From: Candidatus Latescibacterota bacterium
GTDB taxonomy: Bacteria > Latescibacterota > UBA2968 > GCA-2709665
DNA length: 64,000 nucleotides
Assembly: GCA_965116875.1 (NCBI GenBank)
Contig: OZ220733.1
Span: 3,200,001 to 3,264,000 of the forward strand
Direction: 5' to 3'
The translations under genes and the position numbers were made by a program. The notes below the pieces were generated by a model, which saw nothing but the letters and a program-made list of their open reading frames with translations, was not told the origin of the DNA and did no database searches. The first letter of the stretch is position 1. The number at the start of each line of letters is the position of its first letter. Positions 40,959-49,903 of this stretch are shown here, piece by piece.

Positions 40959-41360
40959 TCAGGAAAGTTTCGCGGGACGTTCAACGGAGGATGTCTCGGC
41001 GAGTGAGGGGTCTTCTTCGATTCTCTCGGACGGGGCGTCTCCCCAGAGGCGCTCGAGGCGGTAGAACGCACGCGCCTTCGGCTGGAAGATGTGCACGACC
41101 ACGTCGATGTAGTCGAACAGAACCCAGGTGCGCGATTCCTGTCCCTCGATATGCCACGGCCGGTAGCCCGCTGCTTTCGTGCCTTCCTGAAGCCCGTCCG
41201 CGAGGGCCCTGACGTGTACGTCCGAATTGCCGGTACAGATGAGAAAGTAGTCCGCGACGTCGGAGACCGTGCGCAGATCGATCAGAAGCAGATCTTCGCC
41301 CTTGCGGGACTGAAGGCACTCGATGCAGAGATCCAGGATTTCACGTATCTGATTGGACAA
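40959..41360 (-). CDS. rsfS: Ribosome silencing factor
   Basis: KGED...IDL, DYFLICTG.S..HV, WVLFDY.DVVVHIF...R.FY.LE.LW. Confidence 0.95.
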   Translation of the reverse strand: MSNQIREILDLCIECLQSRKGEDLLLIDLRTVSDVADYFLICTGNSDVHVRALADGLQEGTKAAGYRPWHIEGQESRTWVLFDYIDVVVHIFQPKARAFYRLERLWGDAPSERIEEDPSLAETSSVERPAKLS

Positions 41361-41393
41361 TGCGGTTCCGTTCCGTGGATGAACGACACACGG

Positions 41394-41909
41394 TTATTGG
41401 GAGCGTCGCGGCAGGTCCGGGGACAGAATTCCGAGGCGGTCGTAATCCCGGCCTATGATGACCGCGACCTGTTCGATGCGATAGGGGTCATGTACGATCT
41501 GTTGAATGTGCGTCCGAAGTCCCATCGCATCGGCGACTCTGCGCGCGTTTTCAAGATTTCCCGTCCGGTCGATGACGATGGTTTCGGGATAGTTGAAGCT
41601 TTCGGCGTTTTTCCACGTCATCACGTCGAAACCCGCTTCCCGAAGGTAACGCCCCACCTTTTCCGCGACCCCGGCAACACCGCAGCCGTTGAGTACTTCG
41701 ATGCGGATTGTCTGCAACGTACCGGGCTCGGGGTGTGCGGAAAGTATCCGCTTCGTATCGGCGAGAGCTTCCGTCGTCGGCGCGGAGGCGGGTTCGGGCT
41801 CTGATACGGCTGACGGGGGTTCTGAGGGCAGCCGTCTCTGAATGTCGAAGACGGCGAAACCTGTAAAGATCAATGCCGCCACAGCAAGCAAGACGATCTT
41901 CCGTGCCAT
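41394..41909 (-). CDS. LytR C-terminal domain membrane protein
   Basis: N-terminal TM segment; IEVLNGCGVAGVA, VIIGRDY. Confidence 0.88.
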   Translation of the reverse strand: MARKIVLLAVAALIFTGFAVFDIQRRLPSEPPSAVSEPEPASAPTTEALADTKRILSAHPEPGTLQTIRIEVLNGCGVAGVAEKVGRYLREAGFDVMTWKNAESFNYPETIVIDRTGNLENARRVADAMGLRTHIQQIVHDPYRIEQVAVIIGRDYDRLGILSPDLPRRSQ

Positions 41910-42002
41910 CTGCTATGCCCGAAAAACGGAACGGGACACTGTCCGGACTGAACACGACCAGACGCATGTCCCGTATCAAAGAATGACCTGGAGACGACTC
42001 TC

Positions 42003-42149
42003 AGAAGTTGTTTTGAAAACCCGGTGAATCCAGAGCGCGCGGGAAAATGTGTCGGTCGAGGCGGACAAATTCGCCCATATTCGGATATAAGGGTGATTTG
42101 ACCAACGCAGGCAGGCGCGAAGAACGCTGGGGGTTTTAATACAACTTCT
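42003..42149. mobile_element. MITE-like element (family C), copy 1
   Basis: Terminal inverted repeats AGAAGTTGT/ACAACTTCT; aligns with 45724-45887. Confidence 0.8.
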
Positions 42150-42625
42150 CAATACCGATATCGGCCGCCGGATCGATAGTAGGGCGAATTACTCAATTGA
42201 ATTTCGATCTGGATGTTTTTCCTCGGCTGGTAGAACATCCCCACATAGGGAATGACAAGCCTTGTACTGTTACCCATGGAGGATCCGAAGGCCGAGTTGC
42301 CCTGCAGCACGTTTTCGAGTCCGACCTGCGCCTCGAACAGCAGGGGCTTTTCCGTATTTGCACGGTAACTGATGGTATTGAGATAGTACTGGCTTGCGCC
42401 GCCGAAGGCCCCGGAACGGAAGTTGAACCCGACCGTATTCCTGAAAGAAAGCCTGCCCGAATCGAAAAGGCCCTTGAACTTTTCACCCAGTCCGAGAGGT
42501 TTGGGCGAAAAATCGATGGTTTTCAGGGCGGGAAGTTTCGCCGGCTGAGGTTGGAGCAGCGGCTCAGCCGACGCCGAAGCAGCCGCAAGAAACGAAATGG
42601 CCAGCAGACACGTTAGCGTTTTCAT
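42149..42625 (-). CDS. Hypothetical secreted protein
   Basis: Signal peptide ending ASASA; GGAGGA RBS; beta-rich body. Confidence 0.7.
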   Translation of the reverse strand: MKTLTCLLAISFLAAASASAEPLLQPQPAKLPALKTIDFSPKPLGLGEKFKGLFDSGRLSFRNTVGFNFRSGAFGGASQYYLNTISYRANTEKPLLFEAQVGLENVLQGNSAFGSSMGNSTRLVIPYVGMFYQPRKNIQIEIQLSNSPYYRSGGRYRY

Positions 42626-42680
42626 CTGGTCTTCCTCCTGCATTCCCGGCTCGGAAAGCCGCATTCAGTAACCGTGACAA

Positions 42681-42709
42681 AGAATACGACAATAGAAATG
42701 GCTTGTCAA
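42681..42709 (-). promoter_or_regulatory. Sigma70-type promoter
   Basis: TTGACA-N17-TATTCT. Confidence 0.55.
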
Positions 42710-42926
42710 GGGCTATTGACCTGAGTCGCCATATCACCTGTTGGACGATTGAGGCGTGAAAAACGTTCCATATTACAGTCCGTTGATAAAGTCGCTCTGC
42801 AGGCGACGGGTTGTGTCCCGTCGCGGAAATATTACCAGGAGCGGAGAATAGTTGACGTCTCTTGCCTCTTCTACGGAGGAGGACGTGCGCGTATCGTGTT
42901 TCCGGAACCTGTAGCCCGTAGCCCTG

Positions 42927-43050
42927 CCCTGAGCCGCTCCCTGAGCCTGCGGTCCCTGAGCTTGTCGAAGGGTCGAAGGGTCGGCGAAGGGCAGTATGAG
43001 GGACCGAACGGCTATCGAAAACACGGGCACTTCGACAAGCTCAGCGACCA
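42927..43050. repeat. REP-like cluster (family D), triply nested, plus an inverted partner
   Basis: CCCTGAGC x3 followed by CGAAGGG x3; inverted CTTCGACAAGCTCAG near 43030-43045. Confidence 0.85.
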
Positions 43051-43177
43051 CGTTTTGGCAGGCTCAACTGCTGCTGATGTATACTATAAAATGCTCCACG
43101 TGATATGTCGCCATTCATCCGCCGATTTATCCCGTCTCGCCTTCCGCCATTCGTCCCGAACGCAGACTGCCGTGTGT

Positions 43178-44299
43178 CTATGCCTCTTCCATCAGTTCCA
43201 CAAACCGATCGAAGAGGTATTCGGCGTCGTGCGGGCCCGCGGACGCTTCCGGGTGGTATTGTACGCAGAAGACGGGCAGGTGTCTGTGCCTCATCCCTTC
43301 CAGGGTGTTGTCATTCAGGTTGATATGGGTGACTTCCACCTCGCGGCGGTCCAGCGAGTCCGCGTCGACGGCAAACCCGTGATTCTGCGAGGTGATTTCC
43401 ACTTTGCCCGTTTCCAGTTCCTTGACGGGCTGGTTGGCGCCCCGATGACCGAATTTCAGCTTGTACGTCCGCCCGCCGAGGGCCAGGCCCAGCAGCTGAT
43501 GCCCGAGGCAGATGCCGAAGGTCGGTCTGGCGCGGATGAGCTGACGGATGTTCTCCACCGCGCCCGTAAGCGGCTCGGGGTCGCCGGGACCGTTTGACAG
43601 GAAGATGCCGTGCGGGTCGATTTCCAGCAGCTGTTCCGCCGGCGAGTCGGCCGGAAACACGGTGACGTCGCAGCCGCGGCTGACGAGGTAACGAAGGATG
43701 TTCCGCTTGACGCCGAAGTCGTAGACGGCAACGCGGAAACGAGGCTTCTCCGTGAGCGTTTCCGTCCGTCCGGTCTCATAATCGAACAGGCCTTCGGTCC
43801 AGCGGTAGGGTTCGCTGCATCCGGCCGAGCGCGCGAGGTCGCGTCCCGCCATACCCGGCGACTTCCTGGCCTTGTCGACCAGGCTGTCGCGGTCAAGGTC
43901 CTGGGTGGACAGGACGCTTTTCATGGCGCCTTCGTTGCGAATTCGCCGCGTCAGCGCCCGGGTGTCGATCCCCTGAATGCCAAGGATGCCATTGCGTTTC
44001 AGATAGTCGCCGAGAGATTCACACGAACGCCAGTTGCTTGGCAGTTCGCAGTATTCCCTGACCACGAATCCTTCCACCTGGGGCCGCGCAGACTCCACGT
44101 CGTTCGGATTGACGCCGTAGTTTCCGATAAGGGGATACGTCATCGCCACAATCTGGCCCTTGTAGGACGGATCCGTGAGGATTTCCTGGTACCCGGTGAT
44201 GCTGGTGTTGAAGACGACCTCTCCCACGCATTCACCGGGCGCGCCGAAGGACGCTCCCTCGTAGCAGGCGCCGTCTTCCAGGGCAAGGATGGCTTTCAT
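43178..44299 (-). CDS. carA: Carbamoyl-phosphate synthase small subunit
   Basis: GEVVFNT..TGYQE..TDPSY, SNGPGDP, GICLGHQ, QYHPE. Confidence 0.97.
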   Translation of the reverse strand: MKAILALEDGACYEGASFGAPGECVGEVVFNTSITGYQEILTDPSYKGQIVAMTYPLIGNYGVNPNDVESARPQVEGFVVREYCELPSNWRSCESLGDYLKRNGILGIQGIDTRALTRRIRNEGAMKSVLSTQDLDRDSLVDKARKSPGMAGRDLARSAGCSEPYRWTEGLFDYETGRTETLTEKPRFRVAVYDFGVKRNILRYLVSRGCDVTVFPADSPAEQLLEIDPHGIFLSNGPGDPEPLTGAVENIRQLIRARPTFGICLGHQLLGLALGGRTYKLKFGHRGANQPVKELETGKVEITSQNHGFAVDADSLDRREVEVTHINLNDNTLEGMRHRHLPVFCVQYHPEASAGPHDAEYLFDRFVELMEEA

Positions 44300-44380
44300 G
44301 GACGTGAGTCGCTCCTCAAGGGCGCCGGCATAAGGGCTTGCCTGATTTCTTCCGGCGTGGTGTCACGAATGGATCCGGCG

Positions 44381-45700
44381 TCACGCGGGTGGCGCCGCCC
44401 GGTCTCCGTCGTCGCCCGTGCTGTGGGTCACGCGACCGCCAAGGACCGTGAGAACGGCCCTGCCGGTCAGCGTGTGCCCGTGAAATGGCGTGTTTCTGGA
44501 CCTGGATCGAAACGCATGGGCGTCAACGGTCCAGTTGAGTGATGGGTCGATGACCGACACGTCCCCCGGCGCTCCGGGAGTCAGTGTGCCCCCGGGTATA
44601 CCCAGGATTCGCGCGGGCGCCGAAGTCAGCATTCGGATCACGTCGGATGCGGAGAGAATGCCGGGTTCGACAAGATGCGTGAAGAGGGTCCCGACGGCGG
44701 TTTCCAGCCCCAGGATTCCGTTTGGCGCTTCGGGAAAGCGCTGGAGTTTCTCCGTAACCGTGTGCGGCGCGTGGTCCGTGGCGAGCGCGTCAATTGTGCC
44801 GTCGTCGAGTCCCTCGAGCAGGGCATCGCGGTCGTCGGCAGAACGCAGGGGAGGGCTCATCTTGCCCTGCGTACCGTAAACGCGCACGTCTTCGTCCGTG
44901 AGTGCGACGTGGTGCGGCGTGGCTTCGCAGGTAACGCGCAGGCCCTCTGATTTTGCGCGTCGCACCAGGTCCACAGCGCGACGAACGCTGATATGGAGGA
45001 TATGCAGGCGTCCGCCAACCGAACGGAGCAGGTTGATATCCCGCTCGACCATGGCCGCCTCGCCTTCGGCCGGCATGCCCTTGATGTCCAGTTCGCGAGA
45101 GACGGCGCCTTCGTGCATGTGCCCGCCCCTTGTGAGCGCGAACACCTCTGTGTGCGGGCAGACGGGAAATCCGTGCCGGTCCGACAGACGCAGGAGATCG
45201 CGCATGACGGCGTCGGACTCAATCGGCAGGCCGTCGTCCGAAAGTCCGACGGCGCCGGCGTGCAGAAGGGCATCGACGTCGGTGAGTTCGTCTCCCTTCA
45301 TCCCTTTTGTCGCACAGGCGATCGGATAGACGCGCGCATCCGCCTTCCGGGCCCTGTTCACGATGTATTCGACGGTTTCCGGGGAATCGGTTGGCGGGTC
45401 GGTGTTCGGCAGGCAGGCGAGCGCCGTAAATCCACCGGAAGCCGCGGCACGGCACCCGGAATCCACGGTTTCCTTTTCGGGAAATCCGGGATCCCGCAGA
45501 TGGACGTGCATGTCGATGAGTCCGGGGACGACCAGCTTTCCGGCGGCGTCGATGATATGGGCGCCGGCCGGGGGAACGATTCCGGGGGCGATACGGTCGA
45601 TAAGCCCGTCGCGGATCAGAAGGTCCGCGGAAGCGTCGACCGCGTTGGCGGGATCGACGATTCGTCCGTTCTTGAGGAGAATTGGAGTGGCCGGGCTCAT
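44381..45700 (-). CDS. pyrC: Dihydroorotase
   Basis: DMHVHLRDPG, PNT, EATPHH, ATDHAPH, SRNTPF. Confidence 0.93.
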   Translation of the reverse strand: MSPATPILLKNGRIVDPANAVDASADLLIRDGLIDRIAPGIVPPAGAHIIDAAGKLVVPGLIDMHVHLRDPGFPEKETVDSGCRAAASGGFTALACLPNTDPPTDSPETVEYIVNRARKADARVYPIACATKGMKGDELTDVDALLHAGAVGLSDDGLPIESDAVMRDLLRLSDRHGFPVCPHTEVFALTRGGHMHEGAVSRELDIKGMPAEGEAAMVERDINLLRSVGGRLHILHISVRRAVDLVRRAKSEGLRVTCEATPHHVALTDEDVRVYGTQGKMSPPLRSADDRDALLEGLDDGTIDALATDHAPHTVTEKLQRFPEAPNGILGLETAVGTLFTHLVEPGILSASDVIRMLTSAPARILGIPGGTLTPGAPGDVSVIDPSLNWTVDAHAFRSRSRNTPFHGHTLTGRAVLTVLGGRVTHSTGDDGDRAAPPA

Positions 45701-45723
45701 TTGGTGAAGGAGATGCAGCGGTA

Positions 45724-45887
45724 GGAAGTTGTTTTAAAATTACCGGTGAGTTCCCGGGCACGAGCGAAAAAGTGGCGGTCAAGGCGGGAAAATCCGCCCA
45801 TATTTGTCTATACGGGTGGGTTTGACCAACGCCGACCGGCGCTTTTGCAGCCGTGCGAAGACCGCTGGGAATTTTAAGACAGCTTCT
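45724..45887. mobile_element. MITE-like element (family C), copy 2
   Basis: Terminal inverted repeats GGAAGTTGTTTTAAAATT/AATTTTAAGACAGCTTCT; shares its core with copy 1. Confidence 0.8.
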
Positions 45888-45905
45888 AAGGGAATTTTGA
45901 ATGCA

Positions 45906-45934
45906 AAGTTACCGGCGAGGGCCGTTTCTGTCAA
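45906..45934 (-). promoter_or_regulatory. Sigma70-type promoter for pyrC-carA
   Basis: TTGACA-N17-TAACTT. Confidence 0.55.
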
Positions 45935-46042
45935 GCGGATTCCTCTTGACAAAGGTGTATCCGCCGTCTCGCTGCTTGCTGTTTCACAGGACGGTGCGTA
46001 TCTTTGTCGGAAATAAGCGTCGCAATTGAACGGAGGCCTCCC

Positions 46043-47173
46043 ATGTTTGTTTTATTATTGATCGCGCCGGTATTTTTCGCGGTGCTGCTGGGTCCCGCAT
46101 CGGCCATGGCGTCGGCGGAGAAGGGCCCAATGCTCCCGTTTCGCGCGATGCCTGTACCCGGAGATCTGGAGATTTCACCTGAAGAGGACCGGGCATTCCT
46201 GGAGGACGTGCTGAAGAGCATTTTCCCTGACGGTACCGACGGACTGACCGACGAGCAGAAAGGGATCGCGATTCTGCGTTACGCGTCATCCGCGCTGGAA
46301 CTGAAGAACAACGGCGGGACGGCGACGAAGATTATCAGGGAGGGCTATGCGATCTGCGGCGGACTCTCGCACGTGCACCGGGTTCTCTGCCGGATGGTGG
46401 GGCTGCCCGCGCGGTATATCGGCGCGTTCAATCTTCGTCCGATCATGGGCAGCCATGCCATCAGCGAGGTCTACTACGACGGCAAATGGCATCTGCTGGA
46501 CCCCACGTTCGGTCTGTTCTTCTATTCGAAGGAGACGTATGACGGCGCGGGAGAAATCGCGTCCTTTCACGATCTTGTGATGACGCCGGACCGCTGGACG
46601 GCGTTCAAGGTGGTGGAACAGCCCTGGATCGGCCGGTACGACGATACGGTCCGGTCTCACGGGGTTGTGGCAGCCGAGGCGGACTACCTGAAAGACAGGT
46701 ACAGGACGCCGATCCTGGACCTCTACAGGAAATACCTGGCGGAGACGTTTCCAATCGCCTACGGGCATAGCGATCCGGTTTCCTATCCGGTAGACGCGGA
46801 CCTGTCTGCACAGGAAGAGATGTGGATCGGCGAGGCGGACGGGAATAACAGCGACGTGCTGAGGATGGTGACGAACGGGTCCGCGTACGTGGGCGGCCAC
46901 TACCTGGGCGGCACGTATCCGCCCGGTTTTCACACCTGGTCCATCAGGGCGCCCGGACCGTGTCGTTTGCGAATCGAGTATTTCAGCACGCAGGACGACC
47001 CGCCCGGCCTCGAGCCGAGCCCGTTGAAGGCGGCGCGAATCGTCTCCGTTCGCAAGGACGGGAGAAGCGTCATCCTCGACCTTCTGGCATTGGGGCCGGA
47101 GGTGATCGTGTCGGTGTACTGCCCGGATGGCACGTTTGCCGTGGATGCCGTCCGTGCGGCGCGGCTGCGTTGA
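46043..47173 (+). CDS. Secreted transglutaminase-like domain protein
   Basis: Signal peptide; Cys-His-Asp triad in AICGG...HAISEVY...W.LLDPT. Confidence 0.8.
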   Translation: MFVLLLIAPVFFAVLLGPASAMASAEKGPMLPFRAMPVPGDLEISPEEDRAFLEDVLKSIFPDGTDGLTDEQKGIAILRYASSALELKNNGGTATKIIREGYAICGGLSHVHRVLCRMVGLPARYIGAFNLRPIMGSHAISEVYYDGKWHLLDPTFGLFFYSKETYDGAGEIASFHDLVMTPDRWTAFKVVEQPWIGRYDDTVRSHGVVAAEADYLKDRYRTPILDLYRKYLAETFPIAYGHSDPVSYPVDADLSAQEEMWIGEADGNNSDVLRMVTNGSAYVGGHYLGGTYPPGFHTWSIRAPGPCRLRIEYFSTQDDPPGLEPSPLKAARIVSVRKDGRSVILDLLALGPEVIVSVYCPDGTFAVDAVRAARLR

Positions 47174-47230
47174 ACAGCCGAAACCGCGACAGGATACCAG
47201 AGTGGTACTTTCCCTCAATGGAGTCGCACA

Positions 47231-49732
47231 ATGATCGAGGTTCTGCGCGAGGAACGTCCCCGGCTCTACCACCCGGCGGACGATTCGCAATACAGGTTCA
47301 ATCCGCCGGAGGACGAGGCGCGGAGACGCATTCTGGGAAATATCCTTGCGGACTGCGAGGAATTCTATCCCCAGCGTCCGTGGAAACGGATCCCCGAACG
47401 GCCGGATAGCCCGCACCCCTACCACCAGCTGTACCTCACGTTCTATACGGGGATGCATGCAACGGCGCTTATGGAGAATTACGCGTTCGCGTGGCGGCTG
47501 ACCGGAGACCCCCGGTGGCTGAAACGCGCCAGAGACTGGACGCGGGCGGCCGCGGCGTGGGAACACAGCGACCGCGTGGAGGAGCATTTCTATACGGCAA
47601 ACCGGTATATGCAGGCGTTTGCGTTCTCGCTGGACCTGATGGACGACGTCTTACCGGACGACGAGAACAAACGGGCGACCGCGTGTCTCGTCCGGCTGAT
47701 GGAGCGCTGGTGGCCGGACGTGGAACGCTCCAGGCATTCGTCCGACGGACGGCACCACGCGGTGGTCGACAACGGGCATTTCGGCGTGGCGGCGCTGCAT
47801 CTGCTGGGAACACACCCCGATGCGGAAGCGTGGGTGGCGGCCGTAATCGACCGGTTTCGCAGCGGGGTGATGCCCCATGGCTGCGGGCGGGACGGCGAGC
47901 CCGGCGACGGCGCCCCGTTCTGGCCGTGGGAGAACCTGTGGATGCTTCACTTCGCCGACGCGCTCAGAAACGTGACCGGGGAGGATCTCTACAAGGCATT
48001 CCCCAGGCGCCTGAAACGGCCCCTGAAATGGTTCCGTTACCACCTGGCGCCGCCGGAGACGATTGAAGACCGGGTTTATTATCCCCAGAATTCGAACGTG
48101 ATCACGGGCAGTCAACTCAATGCGTGTTCGGTGACGCTGCTTCGTCTGGCACAGGAGGCGGGAGACGGGGAGATGCGTGACGCGGCGCTTGGCGATCCCA
48201 GACTGGGCAGGCTCTACCGGTTCGGTATGGGCGTAAAGGGCACCACGGCCGAGTGCATCGTCTCGTACGGCCCCTACGCGTATTGTTATTGCGATCCGGC
48301 GTTCCGCAGGTCGCGTCGCAGGAAGGAGCTGCCGCTTTCGAGGACGTTCATGCGGGCGCACTACGGGGAGGCGGGGCTCCTGCGCAGCGGATGGGGCACG
48401 GACGCGGTTGTCTGCAGCGTGACCGGATACAAGGGCGGGGGCGCACACGGGTATTTGAACCTGCACGCGCAGTGGTCCGGATATCCGGTACTGAAGTCGA
48501 TTTCCGCGGAAGAAGCGCAGCCTGTGGCCTGCGGGAGCCTTCCCTTCGTGGGCGGACAGAACGAGATCGTTGCGTTTCTCAAGCGGCTGGAAACGCAGGA
48601 GCGGCTCGACCGGCTGCGCGTCCGGTCCGTTCGCACGGAACAGGAATACTGGTTGTTGAAGGGAGCGTCGCCAATCCTGGTGACGGCTCTGAGACGCCGG
48701 CGCCGCGGGGTGAAACTGATGCGCCGTCGGGGTGAGGGATTCGCGCGATTGAACGGACGCGACGATCTGCAGTACGATCGCGGACTCTATTTCAATCCCA
48801 GAGCCGGTGAATTGAAGATGCGTTTCCGGCTGAACGGGGAGCGCCGGGAAGATGGACCTGGGGTCCTCTTCAATACGGGAATCGGCGTGGGGCGCGTGAT
48901 GGGTAACCGGGTGAACAACTACTCGCTGGCGATCATGGAAGGCAACGCGCTGACGTTTGTCGTGCAGAGCCAGCGGAATACGTCGGTCGAGGTGACGTCG
49001 CCCGTGAAAATCGAACCCGGCAGATGGCACGACGCTGCCATCCGGTGGGGCGGGTTCAACCGGCGGGGCGACCGGCCGTTCATCGAGATCGAAGTCGACG
49101 GCCGCCGGAACCGGTTCGACGATCCCGCGGTCTTCGGAGAACTGGGCGTGGATTCTCAGAACCTCGAGTCACGCGCCGAGCCCAGGACGTTCTACATCAA
49201 GTCGAACACGGTTCTGGCCTTCGGCGGCGCGGTCCAGATGCCGGGGACGGGTTTGAAGTGCGACCTCGGCATGCTTGACCTCAAGTGTCCCGGCCGCCGG
49301 CGATTGACGGTGGATTTCGAGACGGACATGGGGCCTGAAACGGGCAGCGCCGCGATGGGTTGGAAGTTGAACCCGGTGGACCTGCGCGATGTACGGTCCG
49401 GCCTGGCGCAGTTCGGGGCCGGTACGCGCACCGTCGACGTACTGCCTCTTTTCGGTGAGGACGCCCATTTCGAGCAGGAGGAGGTCCCCTTCGCGCCCGC
49501 GGGCCTCGCGGCGGGAAGCCTGAAGAGCTTTGTCCCTGGTGGACGGGATGCGAGCACCCGTGTGCTGCTGTCGACCCCGGGAGACGTTCTGGTCTTCGCG
49601 TTTCTGGATCACAGCCTGGACGCGCACGTGACTGCCCGCGCGAATGGATTCGAGATCCGGGCTGCCAATGACCGGTACGCGTTCGACGTCAATAGAACGG
49701 GTGGGGATATTCTGGCGGTGCGTGGTCATTGA
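47231..49732 (+). CDS. Heparinase II/III-like polysaccharide lyase homolog with a LamG-like segment
   Basis: Helical N-terminal half (AFAWRLTGD.RW), LRSGW motif, GRWHDAAIRW LamG-like motif. Confidence 0.55.
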   Translation: MIEVLREERPRLYHPADDSQYRFNPPEDEARRRILGNILADCEEFYPQRPWKRIPERPDSPHPYHQLYLTFYTGMHATALMENYAFAWRLTGDPRWLKRARDWTRAAAAWEHSDRVEEHFYTANRYMQAFAFSLDLMDDVLPDDENKRATACLVRLMERWWPDVERSRHSSDGRHHAVVDNGHFGVAALHLLGTHPDAEAWVAAVIDRFRSGVMPHGCGRDGEPGDGAPFWPWENLWMLHFADALRNVTGEDLYKAFPRRLKRPLKWFRYHLAPPETIEDRVYYPQNSNVITGSQLNACSVTLLRLAQEAGDGEMRDAALGDPRLGRLYRFGMGVKGTTAECIVSYGPYAYCYCDPAFRRSRRRKELPLSRTFMRAHYGEAGLLRSGWGTDAVVCSVTGYKGGGAHGYLNLHAQWSGYPVLKSISAEEAQPVACGSLPFVGGQNEIVAFLKRLETQERLDRLRVRSVRTEQEYWLLKGASPILVTALRRRRRGVKLMRRRGEGFARLNGRDDLQYDRGLYFNPRAGELKMRFRLNGERREDGPGVLFNTGIGVGRVMGNRVNNYSLAIMEGNALTFVVQSQRNTSVEVTSPVKIEPGRWHDAAIRWGGFNRRGDRPFIEIEVDGRRNRFDDPAVFGELGVDSQNLESRAEPRTFYIKSNTVLAFGGAVQMPGTGLKCDLGMLDLKCPGRRRLTVDFETDMGPETGSAAMGWKLNPVDLRDVRSGLAQFGAGTRTVDVLPLFGEDAHFEQEEVPFAPAGLAAGSLKSFVPGGRDASTRVLLSTPGDVLVFAFLDHSLDAHVTARANGFEIRAANDRYAFDVNRTGGDILAVRGH

Positions 49733-49750
49733 GCATGCCTGCATTGAGCT

Positions 49751-49773
49751 CGGTCCCTGAGCCTGTCGAAGGG
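49751..49773. repeat. REP-like unit (family D), single copy
   Basis: CGGTCCCTGAGCCTGTCGAAGGG. Confidence 0.8.
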
Positions 49774-49846
49774 TGTCGAAATGCCAGCATATCGAAATAA
49801 TCGCGAACATTGCTTTGGATACATTGCAGGTTGAATTTTCCGCCTT

Positions 49847-49871
49847 GTAGGGGCGTCCCTTGTGGGCGCCC
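49847..49871 (+). repeat. GTAG-type REP palindrome
   Basis: GTAG-GGGCGTCC-CTTGT-GGGCGCCC. Confidence 0.65.
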
Positions 49872-49903
49872 GCCTTTCACCGGCGACATCGCTATCGCGA
49901 TAC

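Noticed and set aside
42749-43597. 282-aa ORF containing SLSLRSLSLSKGRR
   Set aside because: Translation of the REP-like nest plus sequence antisense to carA.
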